DNA from: Nannocystales bacterium
GTDB lineage: Bacteria; Myxococcota_A; Polyangia; Nannocystales; Nannocystaceae
Direction of reading: 5' to 3'
DNA: 64,000 nt
Assembly (NCBI GenBank): GCA_050633305.1
Contig: JBOEGF010000044.1
Span: 1-64,000 of the forward strand
The notes beneath the pieces were generated by a model. It had not been told where the DNA came from. It ran no database searches and saw only the letters and a list, made by a program, of their open reading frames with translations. Shown in pieces: positions 47,264 to 57,143 of this stretch (position 1 is its first letter; each line of letters opens with the position of its first letter). Both the position numbers and the translations under genes were made by a program.

Positions 47264-48624
47264 AGCCTCGCAAGTACCTGTCTCGCCGAACCGTTCTCAA
47301 GGGCGCACTCGGCGGGGGTGTTGTCTCGCTCGCGTTGCCACCGCTCGAGGCGATGATGGGCGCCCACGGTGCGCTCGCCGACGGTAGCGAAGAGGGTCCG
47401 ATCTCCGGCGTCTTCTTCTGGGCCAACGGGACGCCTTGGCATGCCGGACACGGGGGCGTGCAGTCCAGTGGGACCGATGTCTGGACGCCCGCGGACGTGG
47501 GTGCAGGGTTCACGCCCTCGCCACTCATCGAGCACATCGCTGCGCACCAGCCCAGCATCGTCTCGGGTCTCACGCCACACACCGAGGTGCCCGCTGCACC
47601 TCCGGGCCAGTCCGATGGTCACATGCGCGGCTTCATGGTCGCGCTCACCGGCGACCGGATCAGGCCCGACGGGTTCGACCACCCGTCGCACACGCTCACC
47701 GCGCTGCGTCCGTCGTTGGATCAAGTGGTGGCCAAACACCCGAACTTCTACGGCCGCACGCCGCCCCCGTACCGCTCGCTGGTGCTCGGGGTCAGCGAGG
47801 CACGCTTTCACGACTACGGTCACTGGAACGCGATCAGCTACAACGGGCCCGACTCTCTCAACCTGCCGATCAGCAGCCCGAACCAGCTCTGGAACCTGCT
47901 GTTCGACATCCCCGATGATCTCGAAGCCCTCGAGCGCCGGGCGAGTGTTCTCGACGCGGTGCTCGAGGATGCGAACTCGCTGCGGGGCAAGCTCGGACCG
48001 CGCGACCAGATCCGGCTCGACGACCACCTCGATCACATCAACGAGGTGCAGCGACGGCTGGAACTCAGCGGTGTGTCCTGTGAACCCGGCGCGGAGCCGG
48101 CCAACCCCGACGACCTCATGGCGAAGACCCAGGTCATGGGCGAGTTGCTGGCGATGGCGCTTGGGTGTGGCCTCACCCGGGCGTTCAGCTTCATGCTGAC
48201 CTCCCCCGCGACCACCCACATCTTCTCCAACTTGGGTGTGCCCGACGGCATGCACAAGACGTGTCACGATGGATACTGGGACCGCGTCAACGCGATCACC
48301 ACCTACCAAATGCAGTGCTTCTCGGTCTTCATGGACCAGCTACAAGCGGTGGTCGACCCCGCGGGCGTTTCGTTGATGGACCGGGCCGCGATCCTCGGAA
48401 CCTCCGAGTACGGCGAAGGCTGGCAGCACAGCGTGTCTGAGATGCCCGTGGTGCTCGCGGGGGGTGCCTGCGGCAACCTCAACCGTGGCGTGCACGTACG
48501 CGATCCGGGCGGCAACTACTCGACCGCCCATGTCACGCTGCTCCGTGCTCTTGGACTGCCGACCCCCAGCTTCGGTTGGAACGGTGGCGAAACCTCGGAC
48601 GCTGTCTCGGGCATCCTGGTCTGA
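47260..48624 (+). CDS. DUF1552 family Tat-exported protein
   Basis: LSRRTVLKG..LALPPLEAM, SLDQ, SVLDAV, RLDDHL, HKTCH and H...MPVVLAG; ATGA overlap. Confidence 0.88.
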   Translation: MKPRKYLSRRTVLKGALGGGVVSLALPPLEAMMGAHGALADGSEEGPISGVFFWANGTPWHAGHGGVQSSGTDVWTPADVGAGFTPSPLIEHIAAHQPSIVSGLTPHTEVPAAPPGQSDGHMRGFMVALTGDRIRPDGFDHPSHTLTALRPSLDQVVAKHPNFYGRTPPPYRSLVLGVSEARFHDYGHWNAISYNGPDSLNLPISSPNQLWNLLFDIPDDLEALERRASVLDAVLEDANSLRGKLGPRDQIRLDDHLDHINEVQRRLELSGVSCEPGAEPANPDDLMAKTQVMGELLAMALGCGLTRAFSFMLTSPATTHIFSNLGVPDGMHKTCHDGYWDRVNAITTYQMQCFSVFMDQLQAVVDPAGVSLMDRAAILGTSEYGEGWQHSVSEMPVVLAGGACGNLNRGVHVRDPGGNYSTAHVTLLRALGLPTPSFGWNGGETSDAVSGILV

Positions 48625-49625
48625 TGCGCCGGAACGTACTTCTTTGCAGCCTGCTCTTCGCCGCGGCGTGTGCGGATGGTGAAGGCGGGGACTCGGCATT
48701 CGGCTCGGGGAACTCGGTCGGTGTGATGCCCTCGACGGGCATGGCGACGGAGTCCGATGGCAACGATCCGTCCTCGGGAGCGTCCTCGGCCACCCAGACC
48801 ACGGGAGTCGGAGAGGAAAGCACAGGCTTCACAACCAACCCGGAGTCAAGCAGTGGGCCGGGCGTCGATTGCGGAGCCGGCTTGAGCGCGTGTGGTGTTT
48901 TGTGTGTCGATCACCAGACCGATCCGGGCAACTGCGGCGACTGTGGGATCACCTGCGTCGTCCCCAATGCACAGTCGTCGTGTGTCGCGGCGAACTGCAG
49001 CGTCGGCGACTGCGACGTCGGATGGTTCGATTGCGATGGAGCGGCCGCGAACGGATGCGAGGCCCAGGCCGGGTGCGCCGGCGGCGAGTCGTGCACGACC
49101 GAATGTGGCAGCACGGGCACGACAACGTGCAACGGCTGCGAGACGGTTTGCGAGGTCCCCGCAGAGGTCTGCAACGCGGTCGACGACGACTGCAACGGCT
49201 CGTGTGATGAGGGAGCGATGGCCGGGTGTCGCCAGGGCGTGCATCGATCCATCGGCCCCAATGGGCACTACTACACCAACGTGTTGGCCGAGACGTCGCA
49301 GGCGGGCAGGTCGCTCGAGTTCCAGGACTACTGGTGGATGTACGCTGCGCAGGCGGAGGGGCTCTCTGCGCTGTACCGCTGCGATATCGGGGGGGGCAAC
49401 ACCTTCCTCACCACCAGCAATACCTGCGAAGGCGCAGGGTCGATCGCAGCGACGCTCGGATACCTGTCTCCGGGGGCTACGTGCGGCTCGACGCCTCTGT
49501 ATCGGTTGCGAAGCCCGGCGGGGCGGCACTTCTACACGACCAGCTCCACGGAGCGTGACAACGCCGTGAACAACCTCGGCTACGTCACCGAGGGCAGCCC
49601 CGGCCAGATCTGGACCGCGCCCTAG
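48624..49625 (+). CDS. Cys-rich lipoprotein with C-terminal DUF5648-like repeats
   Basis: CVDHQTDPGNCGDCG, EVCNAVDDDCNG.CDE and PLYRL...HFYTTS..ERD. Confidence 0.75.
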   Translation: MRRNVLLCSLLFAAACADGEGGDSAFGSGNSVGVMPSTGMATESDGNDPSSGASSATQTTGVGEESTGFTTNPESSSGPGVDCGAGLSACGVLCVDHQTDPGNCGDCGITCVVPNAQSSCVAANCSVGDCDVGWFDCDGAAANGCEAQAGCAGGESCTTECGSTGTTTCNGCETVCEVPAEVCNAVDDDCNGSCDEGAMAGCRQGVHRSIGPNGHYYTNVLAETSQAGRSLEFQDYWWMYAAQAEGLSALYRCDIGGGNTFLTTSNTCEGAGSIAATLGYLSPGATCGSTPLYRLRSPAGRHFYTTSSTERDNAVNNLGYVTEGSPGQIWTAP

Positions 49626-49788
49626 TGGCCCCACGACCGTCTGCCTCGTCGTAGGTCATCCCCAACCGTAGCGGCGCGCAGGTCACCAGGGCCGGGTACG
49701 TGATGCCCCGCAAGTTTCGCGGGTCGAAGTCTCCGCAGTGCGCCATCGTTGCGCAGCAGGAGGTCGCCTGCCCGCGTACTACGGTTGT

Positions 49789-50493
49789 ATGGCGAGCGTG
49801 CACGACATCATGACCCGGCAGCTTTTTAGCCTTTGGCCCGGCGACGCGGCGGCCGAGGCTCTGGACTACTTGCGCATGCTCAACATCCACGCGGCGCCTG
49901 TGCTCGACGAACAGAGCCACGAGCCGATCGGCGTGGTCTCGATCGGAGACCTCACGGGGGGGCTCTCGCGGGAACGAGTCTCGGATCGGATGAGTTCACC
50001 TGTGCGCGTGACCATCGAAACCGCCGCGGTTCACGAGGCTGCTCAAACGATGGCCGAGACCGGGTTGCACCACCTTGTCGTGGTGGACAACGACCGGCGT
50101 GCGGTCGGCTTCCTTTCCGTGATCGATGTGGTCAAGGCTCTGCTGCATCCCTCGGAAGGTGCTGAGAAGTCGCCGGTCACCGTCCCGGTTGCGGGCAGCC
50201 TGGAGTGGAGTGACCATCAGAAACTGTCCGCGTCTGGCCTGCTCGCGGCGCCGGATGGCCCCGGGGTCTTCGTGCTGCTCAAGGTCGACCCCGGTCGTCC
50301 GGAGGTCTTCACGTGGGTCGAGGAGTCGGCCAACGTCCGACAACGACTCGAGTCGCTGCTCAGCGATCCTCCCGCTCGTTTGGCGAGGTTCATCGAGGCC
50401 GACCGAATCAGGTTTCGGGCGGCGACTGCCGAGTCCCAAGGCCAGCGAGCAGAGGTGCTCCGTGAAGTGGTGCGTCGGAGCACCGCGGGCTGA
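49789..50493 (+). CDS. CBS-pair protein with C-terminal GIY-YIG-like domain
   Basis: VHDIMT..APVLD..IGVVS..D and MS..HHLVVVD..VGFLS; C-terminal PDGPGVFVL..ESANVRQRL. Confidence 0.78.
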   Translation: MASVHDIMTRQLFSLWPGDAAAEALDYLRMLNIHAAPVLDEQSHEPIGVVSIGDLTGGLSRERVSDRMSSPVRVTIETAAVHEAAQTMAETGLHHLVVVDNDRRAVGFLSVIDVVKALLHPSEGAEKSPVTVPVAGSLEWSDHQKLSASGLLAAPDGPGVFVLLKVDPGRPEVFTWVEESANVRQRLESLLSDPPARLARFIEADRIRFRAATAESQGQRAEVLREVVRRSTAG

Positions 50494-50510
50494 CCCGCGA
50501 CCGACGAGGG

Positions 50511-51662
50511 CTACTCGATCACCGAATCTGTGACCTCGATCGGTGTGTCGTCATGGTTGGAGATTTGCGGGTACGTTGGGTACCAAGACCCGCCGAGGTT
50601 GTTGCGAATCTCCGAGCGGTCGATCACCACGTTGCCACTGTGGTCGTTGCTCACGAAGAAGATCGCGCTGCCATGCGCATTAACTTCGTTGTGTTCGATA
50701 CGGGTGCCACACAGAGATAGGGTCATCGTGTTGCCGTCGTTGTAGATGGCACCGCCACTGCCTCCGCCCGGAGTGCCCGCCGCGGCAGGGTTGGCGCCCT
50801 CGCCCGTGGCCCGGTTGTGCGTGAACACGCTGTTGAGGACCGTCCATGACACGCCAATGCTGCTGAGCGCGCCGCCGTTGGAGCACGTGTTGCCGAGCCC
50901 GTCTTCGCCTCCGAACGTGCTGTTGACCACGTAGACCGGCAGGCCGTTGTATTGGCTCAGCGCCCGCACGGCAGCCCCGCCAACATCCGGTCCAGATTCG
51001 GCGCATCGGTTGCCGAAGAAGCGGGTGTTGACGATCTTGAGCCGACCGCCGCGGGCCCAAATGGCTCCACCGCCGCCCTCTTGGTCCTCGCCCTCGCTGC
51101 TCGAGTTTCCATCCACAAAGGTGAGGTTTTGGACTGTGAGCCGAGGATGGTCCTGGTTGTCGCACATGGGCGTGGTCCAGACCTGGGCCTCGTCGCATGT
51201 GTTCATGTAGAGGATTCGGGTCGAGCCCGCACCGCTGAGTGTGACGAGGCCACCCCCGTCGATCACGATCTCGGGGCCCGTGTCATTGAAGACCTTGGCT
51301 GGCCAGTCCAGTGTGATCCTCACCGGGTCGGGCCCGCAGTCGAAGGTGATGACGCCCCCGGAGGCGACGGCGCTGATGAAGGCCTCGGCGGTGCAGCTCG
51401 CCGGGTCTCCGGTGCCGACGACGGTCGTCGGAGAGGAGGAGTCTGCGAGCCCCGCTTCCTCGGGGATGTCGCACTCGCCATCGGGGTTGCCGGCGGCAGG
51501 CCCCTCGTCGGGATCCGTCAGAGGGTTGGGAACATCAGTTGCGGGTCCTTCTCCGGACCCGGCGTTGTCTGTATCTGCGTCCGCGTCGCTCCCGCTGTCG
51601 CAGCCCACCAAGGCCAGTGCAACCGCGGCCACGCAGATGCTTGCTATCCGCTTCGAACCCAT
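50511..51662 (-). CDS. beta-helix lipoprotein (GGAI/FxxN repeats)
   Basis: Lipobox LVGC; GGAIW, GGAIY, FFGN and FTHN repeats; GGVITFDCG. Confidence 0.8.
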   Translation of the reverse strand: MGSKRIASICVAAVALALVGCDSGSDADADTDNAGSGEGPATDVPNPLTDPDEGPAAGNPDGECDIPEEAGLADSSSPTTVVGTGDPASCTAEAFISAVASGGVITFDCGPDPVRITLDWPAKVFNDTGPEIVIDGGGLVTLSGAGSTRILYMNTCDEAQVWTTPMCDNQDHPRLTVQNLTFVDGNSSSEGEDQEGGGGAIWARGGRLKIVNTRFFGNRCAESGPDVGGAAVRALSQYNGLPVYVVNSTFGGEDGLGNTCSNGGALSSIGVSWTVLNSVFTHNRATGEGANPAAAGTPGGGSGGAIYNDGNTMTLSLCGTRIEHNEVNAHGSAIFFVSNDHSGNVVIDRSEIRNNLGGSWYPTYPQISNHDDTPIEVTDSVIE

Positions 51663-51763
51663 ACCCCAAGAGTAACGCGAGTGAGCGGGGTTCTCACTCC
51701 GACGCCGAGAGCAGGCCTCCGGCCTGGGCGAAGCGCGGTCGTGTCCTCAGCCGTGCCGCCCCG

Positions 51764-53881
51764 CTACATCGGGGGCTGGCACTGGGCTTCGAGCGGTCCG
51801 GTGCAGGCCATCTCTTGCGAGAGGGTGGTCGAGCCGAACGAGCCGTTGGGATACGTGGTGTCGGCGACGAGGAAGTTGGCCATCTCAAAGCTGTCGCTCA
51901 GCCGCGTGATGATGACTTCCGAGCCGCCGGCGGCTTCGCTGTACGAGATGCTGACTTCGTAGTCCTCGCCCGCGACCCAGCCTTCGATGGTGGTGTCTGC
52001 GGGCAGGTTGAGGATCGCCGAGTTGGTGGTGCTGCTGGGACAGTAGAGGTCCTCGCCCTCCACGCTTGCCAGGTCGGGCGCGAAGACCCGCTTGACCACG
52101 ATGCCCATCGGCGTCGTACAGCCGAAGGCGGTCTGGGCCTCCCGCTTCCATGCGAGGGAGTAAAACTGCGAGTTGCTCTGCGCGTTCCAGACCAGGCCGA
52201 TCCAGTCGTTGTCCCCGGCGCCCGCTTCCACACCGATCGTCCCCTGCAGGTTGGCTTCTTGGAAGACGACGCCTTCGCACAGGTGCAGACCGAAGTCGTT
52301 GTTGTCGGCTTCGCAAGCGACGGTGCCCGGAGCGTTGTAGGAGATCGAGGCGACCGGGCTCGCGTTGAGCAGTTGCGTCGTGTACAGGGTGCAGTTGTCC
52401 TCGAGGTTGAACGGCTGCGTGTTCACCACGGTGACGCTCGCAGAGCGCTCGTTCACCCCGTCGTCGACCGTGACGGTGTACGTCTCGAAGCCCGAGGGGG
52501 AGGCCATGGGCGTGGGGGATGTGGGGTCGTCGAGTCCAGCGATTGGGCTCCACAGGTAGGTGTAGGCCCCCGTCCCGTCCATCGCGACCGCGTCGAGTTG
52601 CACGGGGGCGCCATCAAAGTCACTGCACGGTGGTGATGCGGTGACGCTGAGTGTGGCGAGGCACAGGTTCGTCGCGTCGGTGTCGCAGACGCCCGAGATG
52701 CACTCATCATCGTCATTGCAGCCAAGGCCGTCGCCGCAGGGCGGGCACGAGCCGCCGCAGTCGAGCCCTGTCTCGCTCCCGTTCTCGACGCCGTCGGTGC
52801 AGCTGGGTGCCTCGCAGGTGTTGCTCACCGGGTCGCAGACCGAGGACAGGCAGTCGTCTCCATCTTCACAGCCCTCACCGGGCTCACAGGTGGCCCCGCA
52901 CACGCCTCCACAGTCGACGTCGGTCTCGTCCTGGTTCTCGAGCTTGTCGGAGCAGGAATCGGCGCAGGTCCCCGAGCCCGTATCGCAGCTGTCGGAGATG
53001 CAGTCGTCGTCGACGAGGCAGTCCTCACCGCTCTCACACGTGGCGCCACAAGAGCCTCCACAGTCGACGTCGGTCTCGTCGCCACCGAGCTTGGTGTCCT
53101 TGCACGTCGGCTCGACGCACAGGCCGGCTCGTTCGTCGCAGGCCCCCGTGAGGCAGTCCTCGTTGACGGTACAGCCCTCGTCGACCTCGCAAGCGTTCGG
53201 ACAGGATCCTCCGCAATCGACATCGGTCTCGTCGCCGTTTTGTGTGCCGTCTTCACAGGTCGGCGCGTTGCAGGTTGCGTCCTCGCAAACGCTGCTCTGG
53301 CAGTCGGGCCCATCGAGACACATCTCGCCGTCGTCGCAGCCCTCGCAAGTTCCCCCACCGCAATCGACATCGGTTTCGTCGCCGTTGTGCAGACCGTCCT
53401 CGCAGGTCGGCGCCTGACACACGTCCTCGTCACAGACGCCGCTCACACAATCGTCGTTGTCCTCGCACCCGCCGCCGTCGCCGCATGCATCGGGACATGA
53501 ACCACCGCAGTCGACATCGGTCTCGTCGCCGGTCTGTACACCGTCCTCGCAGTTGCCCCCCGAGTCTTGGCCGCAGACGCCGGCGCTGGTGCAGACCGTG
53601 CCGTCTTCGCAGTCGTCGTCCCCGCCGCAGCCCTGGCCGGAGCCGCAGGTCAGCTCGCACGAACCACCGCAGTCGACGTCGGTTTCGTCGCCATCCTGGG
53701 TGCCGTTGCTGCATGTGTCCTCCTCGCCGGTCGAGCCGATATCGATGTCCGTCGTGACACCGGCTGTGCCGCTCGCGGTGGCGCTTCCGCCTCCGACGGA
53801 GACGTCGTCAGCGCAGGCGGTCGTCAATGCGAGACCGAAGAGAAGGGCCGCTGGAGCACGCAGGGATAGACAAGTTTTCAT
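51764..53881 (-). CDS. large Cys-rich repeat lipoprotein with Ig/PKD-like and thrombospondin C-terminal-like domains
   Basis: Lipobox TTAC; seven DETDVDCGG-type repeats; DNDWIGLVWNAQSNSQFYSLAWK. Confidence 0.8.
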   Translation of the reverse strand: MKTCLSLRAPAALLFGLALTTACADDVSVGGGSATASGTAGVTTDIDIGSTGEEDTCSNGTQDGDETDVDCGGSCELTCGSGQGCGGDDDCEDGTVCTSAGVCGQDSGGNCEDGVQTGDETDVDCGGSCPDACGDGGGCEDNDDCVSGVCDEDVCQAPTCEDGLHNGDETDVDCGGGTCEGCDDGEMCLDGPDCQSSVCEDATCNAPTCEDGTQNGDETDVDCGGSCPNACEVDEGCTVNEDCLTGACDERAGLCVEPTCKDTKLGGDETDVDCGGSCGATCESGEDCLVDDDCISDSCDTGSGTCADSCSDKLENQDETDVDCGGVCGATCEPGEGCEDGDDCLSSVCDPVSNTCEAPSCTDGVENGSETGLDCGGSCPPCGDGLGCNDDDECISGVCDTDATNLCLATLSVTASPPCSDFDGAPVQLDAVAMDGTGAYTYLWSPIAGLDDPTSPTPMASPSGFETYTVTVDDGVNERSASVTVVNTQPFNLEDNCTLYTTQLLNASPVASISYNAPGTVACEADNNDFGLHLCEGVVFQEANLQGTIGVEAGAGDNDWIGLVWNAQSNSQFYSLAWKREAQTAFGCTTPMGIVVKRVFAPDLASVEGEDLYCPSSTTNSAILNLPADTTIEGWVAGEDYEVSISYSEAAGGSEVIITRLSDSFEMANFLVADTTYPNGSFGSTTLSQEMACTGPLEAQCQPPM
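52680..53720 (-). repeat. seven coding repeats of C-x7-DETDVDCGG-x-C type
   Basis: Recurring CAGTCGACGTCGGTCTCGTC-like blocks; the last unit is degenerate (SETGLDCGG). Confidence 0.8.
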
Positions 53882-54242
53882 GAGAGCTAGACCTCTAGGT
53901 TGGTAGACACGACGTGATGGACGCGTAACCAATGGTACACGCCGGGCCACAGGTGTGCGGGGGGGTCCGCGTTCGGGCCGCCGACTGTCCGAAGAGAACA
54001 GGGGGTTCGGAGAGAGTGCGGAAGTGCGCGTCGGTGCCCCACCTGAAGCTGCACCAACGGTCCCAGAGTTGCGCGCAGGACGCGTGCGAACACGCGGAAC
54101 CGGCGCGATCGAGAATCGAGGCGCCTCCTTCATCTGCGCCGACGTCGGCTGCTCACCCGAATCGTCGACCTGTAGGGGGAAGAAGACGAGCCGTCGGCGG
54201 GTGTTTGCCCCACCGGTCGATGTCGCGCATGTTTTCGCGACG

Positions 54243-57143
54243 ATGTCGTGTCCGCCGGAGTCGGAGATCGTCGGTCGGCTCGAGGGTCGAATCTCGCCCG
54301 AGTTGGCGAGGGCGCAGGACGAACACATCAAAGGGTGCTCGGCGTGCCGGGAGCTGATGGCTGTGCTCGCGCGCGGAATCGCAGACGGTTCGGAAGAATC
54401 GACGGGCACGAGAGTGGACCACGAAACCCGAGAGCGGCAGAGCCGGAGGCCAGATTCCGTCGGTCGCTACGAGATCCTGGAGATTCTCGGCGAAGGCGGG
54501 ATGGGGATCGTCTACGCCGCCTACGACACCGAACTCGAACGCCGGGTGGCGCTCAAGCTCGTTCGGCCGGGCTCGCTACAACACGCACACGCGGAGCGAC
54601 TCGAGTGGGAGGCGCGAGCGATGGCCAGGATCAACGACCCGCATGTCGCCACGGTGTACGAGGTGGGCAGGCTCGAGGACGAGGTCTACGTCGCGATGGA
54701 GATGATCGAGGGCGCGACCCTCGATCGCTGGGTTCAGGAGCACGACCTCTCGGGCCCCGAGATCCTCGAACTCTGCGTTCAAGCCGGGCGTGGCCTGGCG
54801 GCAATACACCACGCCGGATTGGCGCACCGCGACTTCAAGCCCGCCAACGTCGTCGTTCGGGACACGGTACGGGGTCCGGTCGCGACGGTGATCGATCTCG
54901 GACTAAGCCTGGTGGAACCCGTGGTCCCCGCCGAGCTGACCACCGCGCGGGACGAGCCAGAGACCACGTCGGTCGCCGGAACACCCGCGTATATGGCACC
55001 CGAGCAATGGGAGGGCCTCCGCCCCGGTCCCCTGAGTGACCAGTTTTCGTTCTGCGTCTCCACGTTCGAGCTCCTGACCAGCACGCGGCCCTTCCCCTGT
55101 CCAGCCGACGGCGCGGTGCGGCCCCACGCACCGCTCCCGTCCTCGGGGACGCTCACCGCCAGCGGGATTTCCCGCCGCAAGGCAGCCGCCATCTTGCGTG
55201 GCCTGCGAGGAGTGCCGAGCAGGCGTTGGCCTGAGCTCGACTTGCTTCTGCGGGCCTTGGGTCCATCACCCCGCCGGCGCAGGTGGTGGGCGGCTGCGGG
55301 TGCTGCTGGACTCGGAGCTTGGGCGGCCATCGCTTCCTTTCCTGCTGCGCCAAAGTGCGGAGTTGGGGACACCTCGCTGGGCAGGGTGTGGAATGAGACG
55401 ACTCGGGACGGCATCTCGCAGCGGCTGAGCGCGACCGATGAGCGGGTGGCGTCGCGCTTCCTCAGCGCGGCAGATGTCTACGTCGAGCAGTGGGTCCGTG
55501 AGTACGAGGCTGCGTGCGAGGAGCCCGAAGCTTCCGTGCACCAGCGAGACTGTCTCGAGGCGCAGCTATCCGCGCTGCGAGCCTCCATCGACGTCTTGTC
55601 CGACTCCGCCGCCACGACGGCCGAACAATCGCTCGACCTCGCACGTGTGCTCCCAGCCGTGTCGGGCTGCGCTGGAGCTGAACTTGGGGACGGGGAGCAC
55701 GTCGACCCAGATTCTCGATACGCGAGCGAGGTCCTCCTGCTGAAGGGCAGGGCGTACGGCGACTCCGGGGAGTTCGATGCGGCGACGACGGCCCTGTCCG
55801 AGGCCATTCGCCGCGGTGGGTCGACGGATGGCAGACTCGTCACGCGTGCTCTTTTGCTCCGCGGGGATATGGTCTTCGCGGCAGGACTGCCCAACGCGGA
55901 GGGCGACTGGACGGCGGCCCTGTCGGAGGCTCGTCGACTCCATGCCTCGGGCCTGGCTGCGCAGGCTGGCATCCGGCTCTCCGGGGTTGTGCAACGTCGC
56001 GAAGCCCGAAGATTGGCGCAGCAAGCCGTCCACGACGCGCGGGACGCCGGGGTGCTTGCGCTCGAGGTCGAAGCCCTGACGACCCATGGCCGGGTCCTTG
56101 CGGAATGGCTGGAGTATGGCGAGGCTCTCGAAGCCTATGAGCACGCGGCCGAGGCGTTGGACGCCATGCCAAACCCTGACGCTGCGCTCCGGCTCGAGCT
56201 TGGATTGGCTCGCGGGCACACCCTGTTCAATGCCGGCCACTCCGAGGAAGGGCTCTCGCTCGTGTGCGATGTCGTGGAACAGAGCCTGGTCTTGCTTGGA
56301 CCCCACGCGGAGGTGACGATCGACGCTCAGATCGGGTGCGGGCTGCTCTCGTTCGGAAGGCGCGAGCAGGCGCAGGTCGAGGCGTACCTACGCGATGCGT
56401 TCATGGCCTCTCGGCGGGGTCCGGGACTGGTGCACCAAGAGGCCGCCGCCTCCCGTGCGCTTGGCTCCGTCCTTCTTCGTCCCTCCGGTTCTGCTGACAA
56501 CGCGCCGAGCCCGGGCATGAACCACGTCAGGTTTGCCGAGTCTCGGTACCGGGCGATGGACGACAAGTATGAACTCGGGCGGACGCTGGTGTTGATGGGA
56601 GAGCACGCGCGGAACCGTGGCAGGTTCGAAGAGTCGCTTCAGCTTCAGCACGAAGGGATCAGGGTCTCGAGGGAGGCGTCAGGGAGCGGCTACCCGAAGC
56701 TGGCGCGTGCCGAGCTCTCGCTGGGGTTGGCCCTGCTCGGACTTGGTCGGGTCGACGAAGCCGCCGTGCAGATCGAGCGCGGCGCGTCGGTGCTGGGCTC
56801 GCTCCAAGACCCTACGGAGGCCAGGTTTGCACATGACATGCGCGGCATCCTGGCGCGAGTGCGGGGGCTACCGATGGAGGCTGTCGAGCATCATCGCCAC
56901 GCCCTGGAGGCGCTCGACCGCGCTGACGCGGGAGAGGTGTTGCCTCAAACCCGCACCCCAACCCTCCTCCAGCTGGCCCGAGCGTTGCTTGCCGCCGATC
57001 AGCAGGCGGAGGCACGAGCGATCGTCTCTCAGGCGTCGCAGATCGAGCGCGCGGTCCCAAAGAGCCGGCGCCTCGAGGAGATTCGCGAGCTACAAGCTGA
57101 GGTCGAGGCGGCGGACCTACAGCTCGATGGAGTGTCCCAATGA
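54243..57143 (+). CDS. Ser/Thr kinase with N-terminal zf-HC2 (HxxxCxxC), TM and TPR-like domains
   Basis: HIKGCSAC; LGEGGMGIVY, HRDFKPAN, DLG and GTPAYMAPE. Confidence 0.92.
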   Translation: MSCPPESEIVGRLEGRISPELARAQDEHIKGCSACRELMAVLARGIADGSEESTGTRVDHETRERQSRRPDSVGRYEILEILGEGGMGIVYAAYDTELERRVALKLVRPGSLQHAHAERLEWEARAMARINDPHVATVYEVGRLEDEVYVAMEMIEGATLDRWVQEHDLSGPEILELCVQAGRGLAAIHHAGLAHRDFKPANVVVRDTVRGPVATVIDLGLSLVEPVVPAELTTARDEPETTSVAGTPAYMAPEQWEGLRPGPLSDQFSFCVSTFELLTSTRPFPCPADGAVRPHAPLPSSGTLTASGISRRKAAAILRGLRGVPSRRWPELDLLLRALGPSPRRRRWWAAAGAAGLGAWAAIASFPAAPKCGVGDTSLGRVWNETTRDGISQRLSATDERVASRFLSAADVYVEQWVREYEAACEEPEASVHQRDCLEAQLSALRASIDVLSDSAATTAEQSLDLARVLPAVSGCAGAELGDGEHVDPDSRYASEVLLLKGRAYGDSGEFDAATTALSEAIRRGGSTDGRLVTRALLLRGDMVFAAGLPNAEGDWTAALSEARRLHASGLAAQAGIRLSGVVQRREARRLAQQAVHDARDAGVLALEVEALTTHGRVLAEWLEYGEALEAYEHAAEALDAMPNPDAALRLELGLARGHTLFNAGHSEEGLSLVCDVVEQSLVLLGPHAEVTIDAQIGCGLLSFGRREQAQVEAYLRDAFMASRRGPGLVHQEAAASRALGSVLLRPSGSADNAPSPGMNHVRFAESRYRAMDDKYELGRTLVLMGEHARNRGRFEESLQLQHEGIRVSREASGSGYPKLARAELSLGLALLGLGRVDEAAVQIERGASVLGSLQDPTEARFAHDMRGILARVRGLPMEAVEHHRHALEALDRADAGEVLPQTRTPTLLQLARALLAADQQAEARAIVSQASQIERAVPKSRRLEEIRELQAEVEAADLQLDGVSQ

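Noticed and set aside
53892..53935. GTTACG-N13-GTGTCT upstream of the Cys-rich gene as a fourth copy of the ECF motif
   Set aside because: Four mismatches to the consensus; may be a different ECF promoter but is not supportable as the same motif
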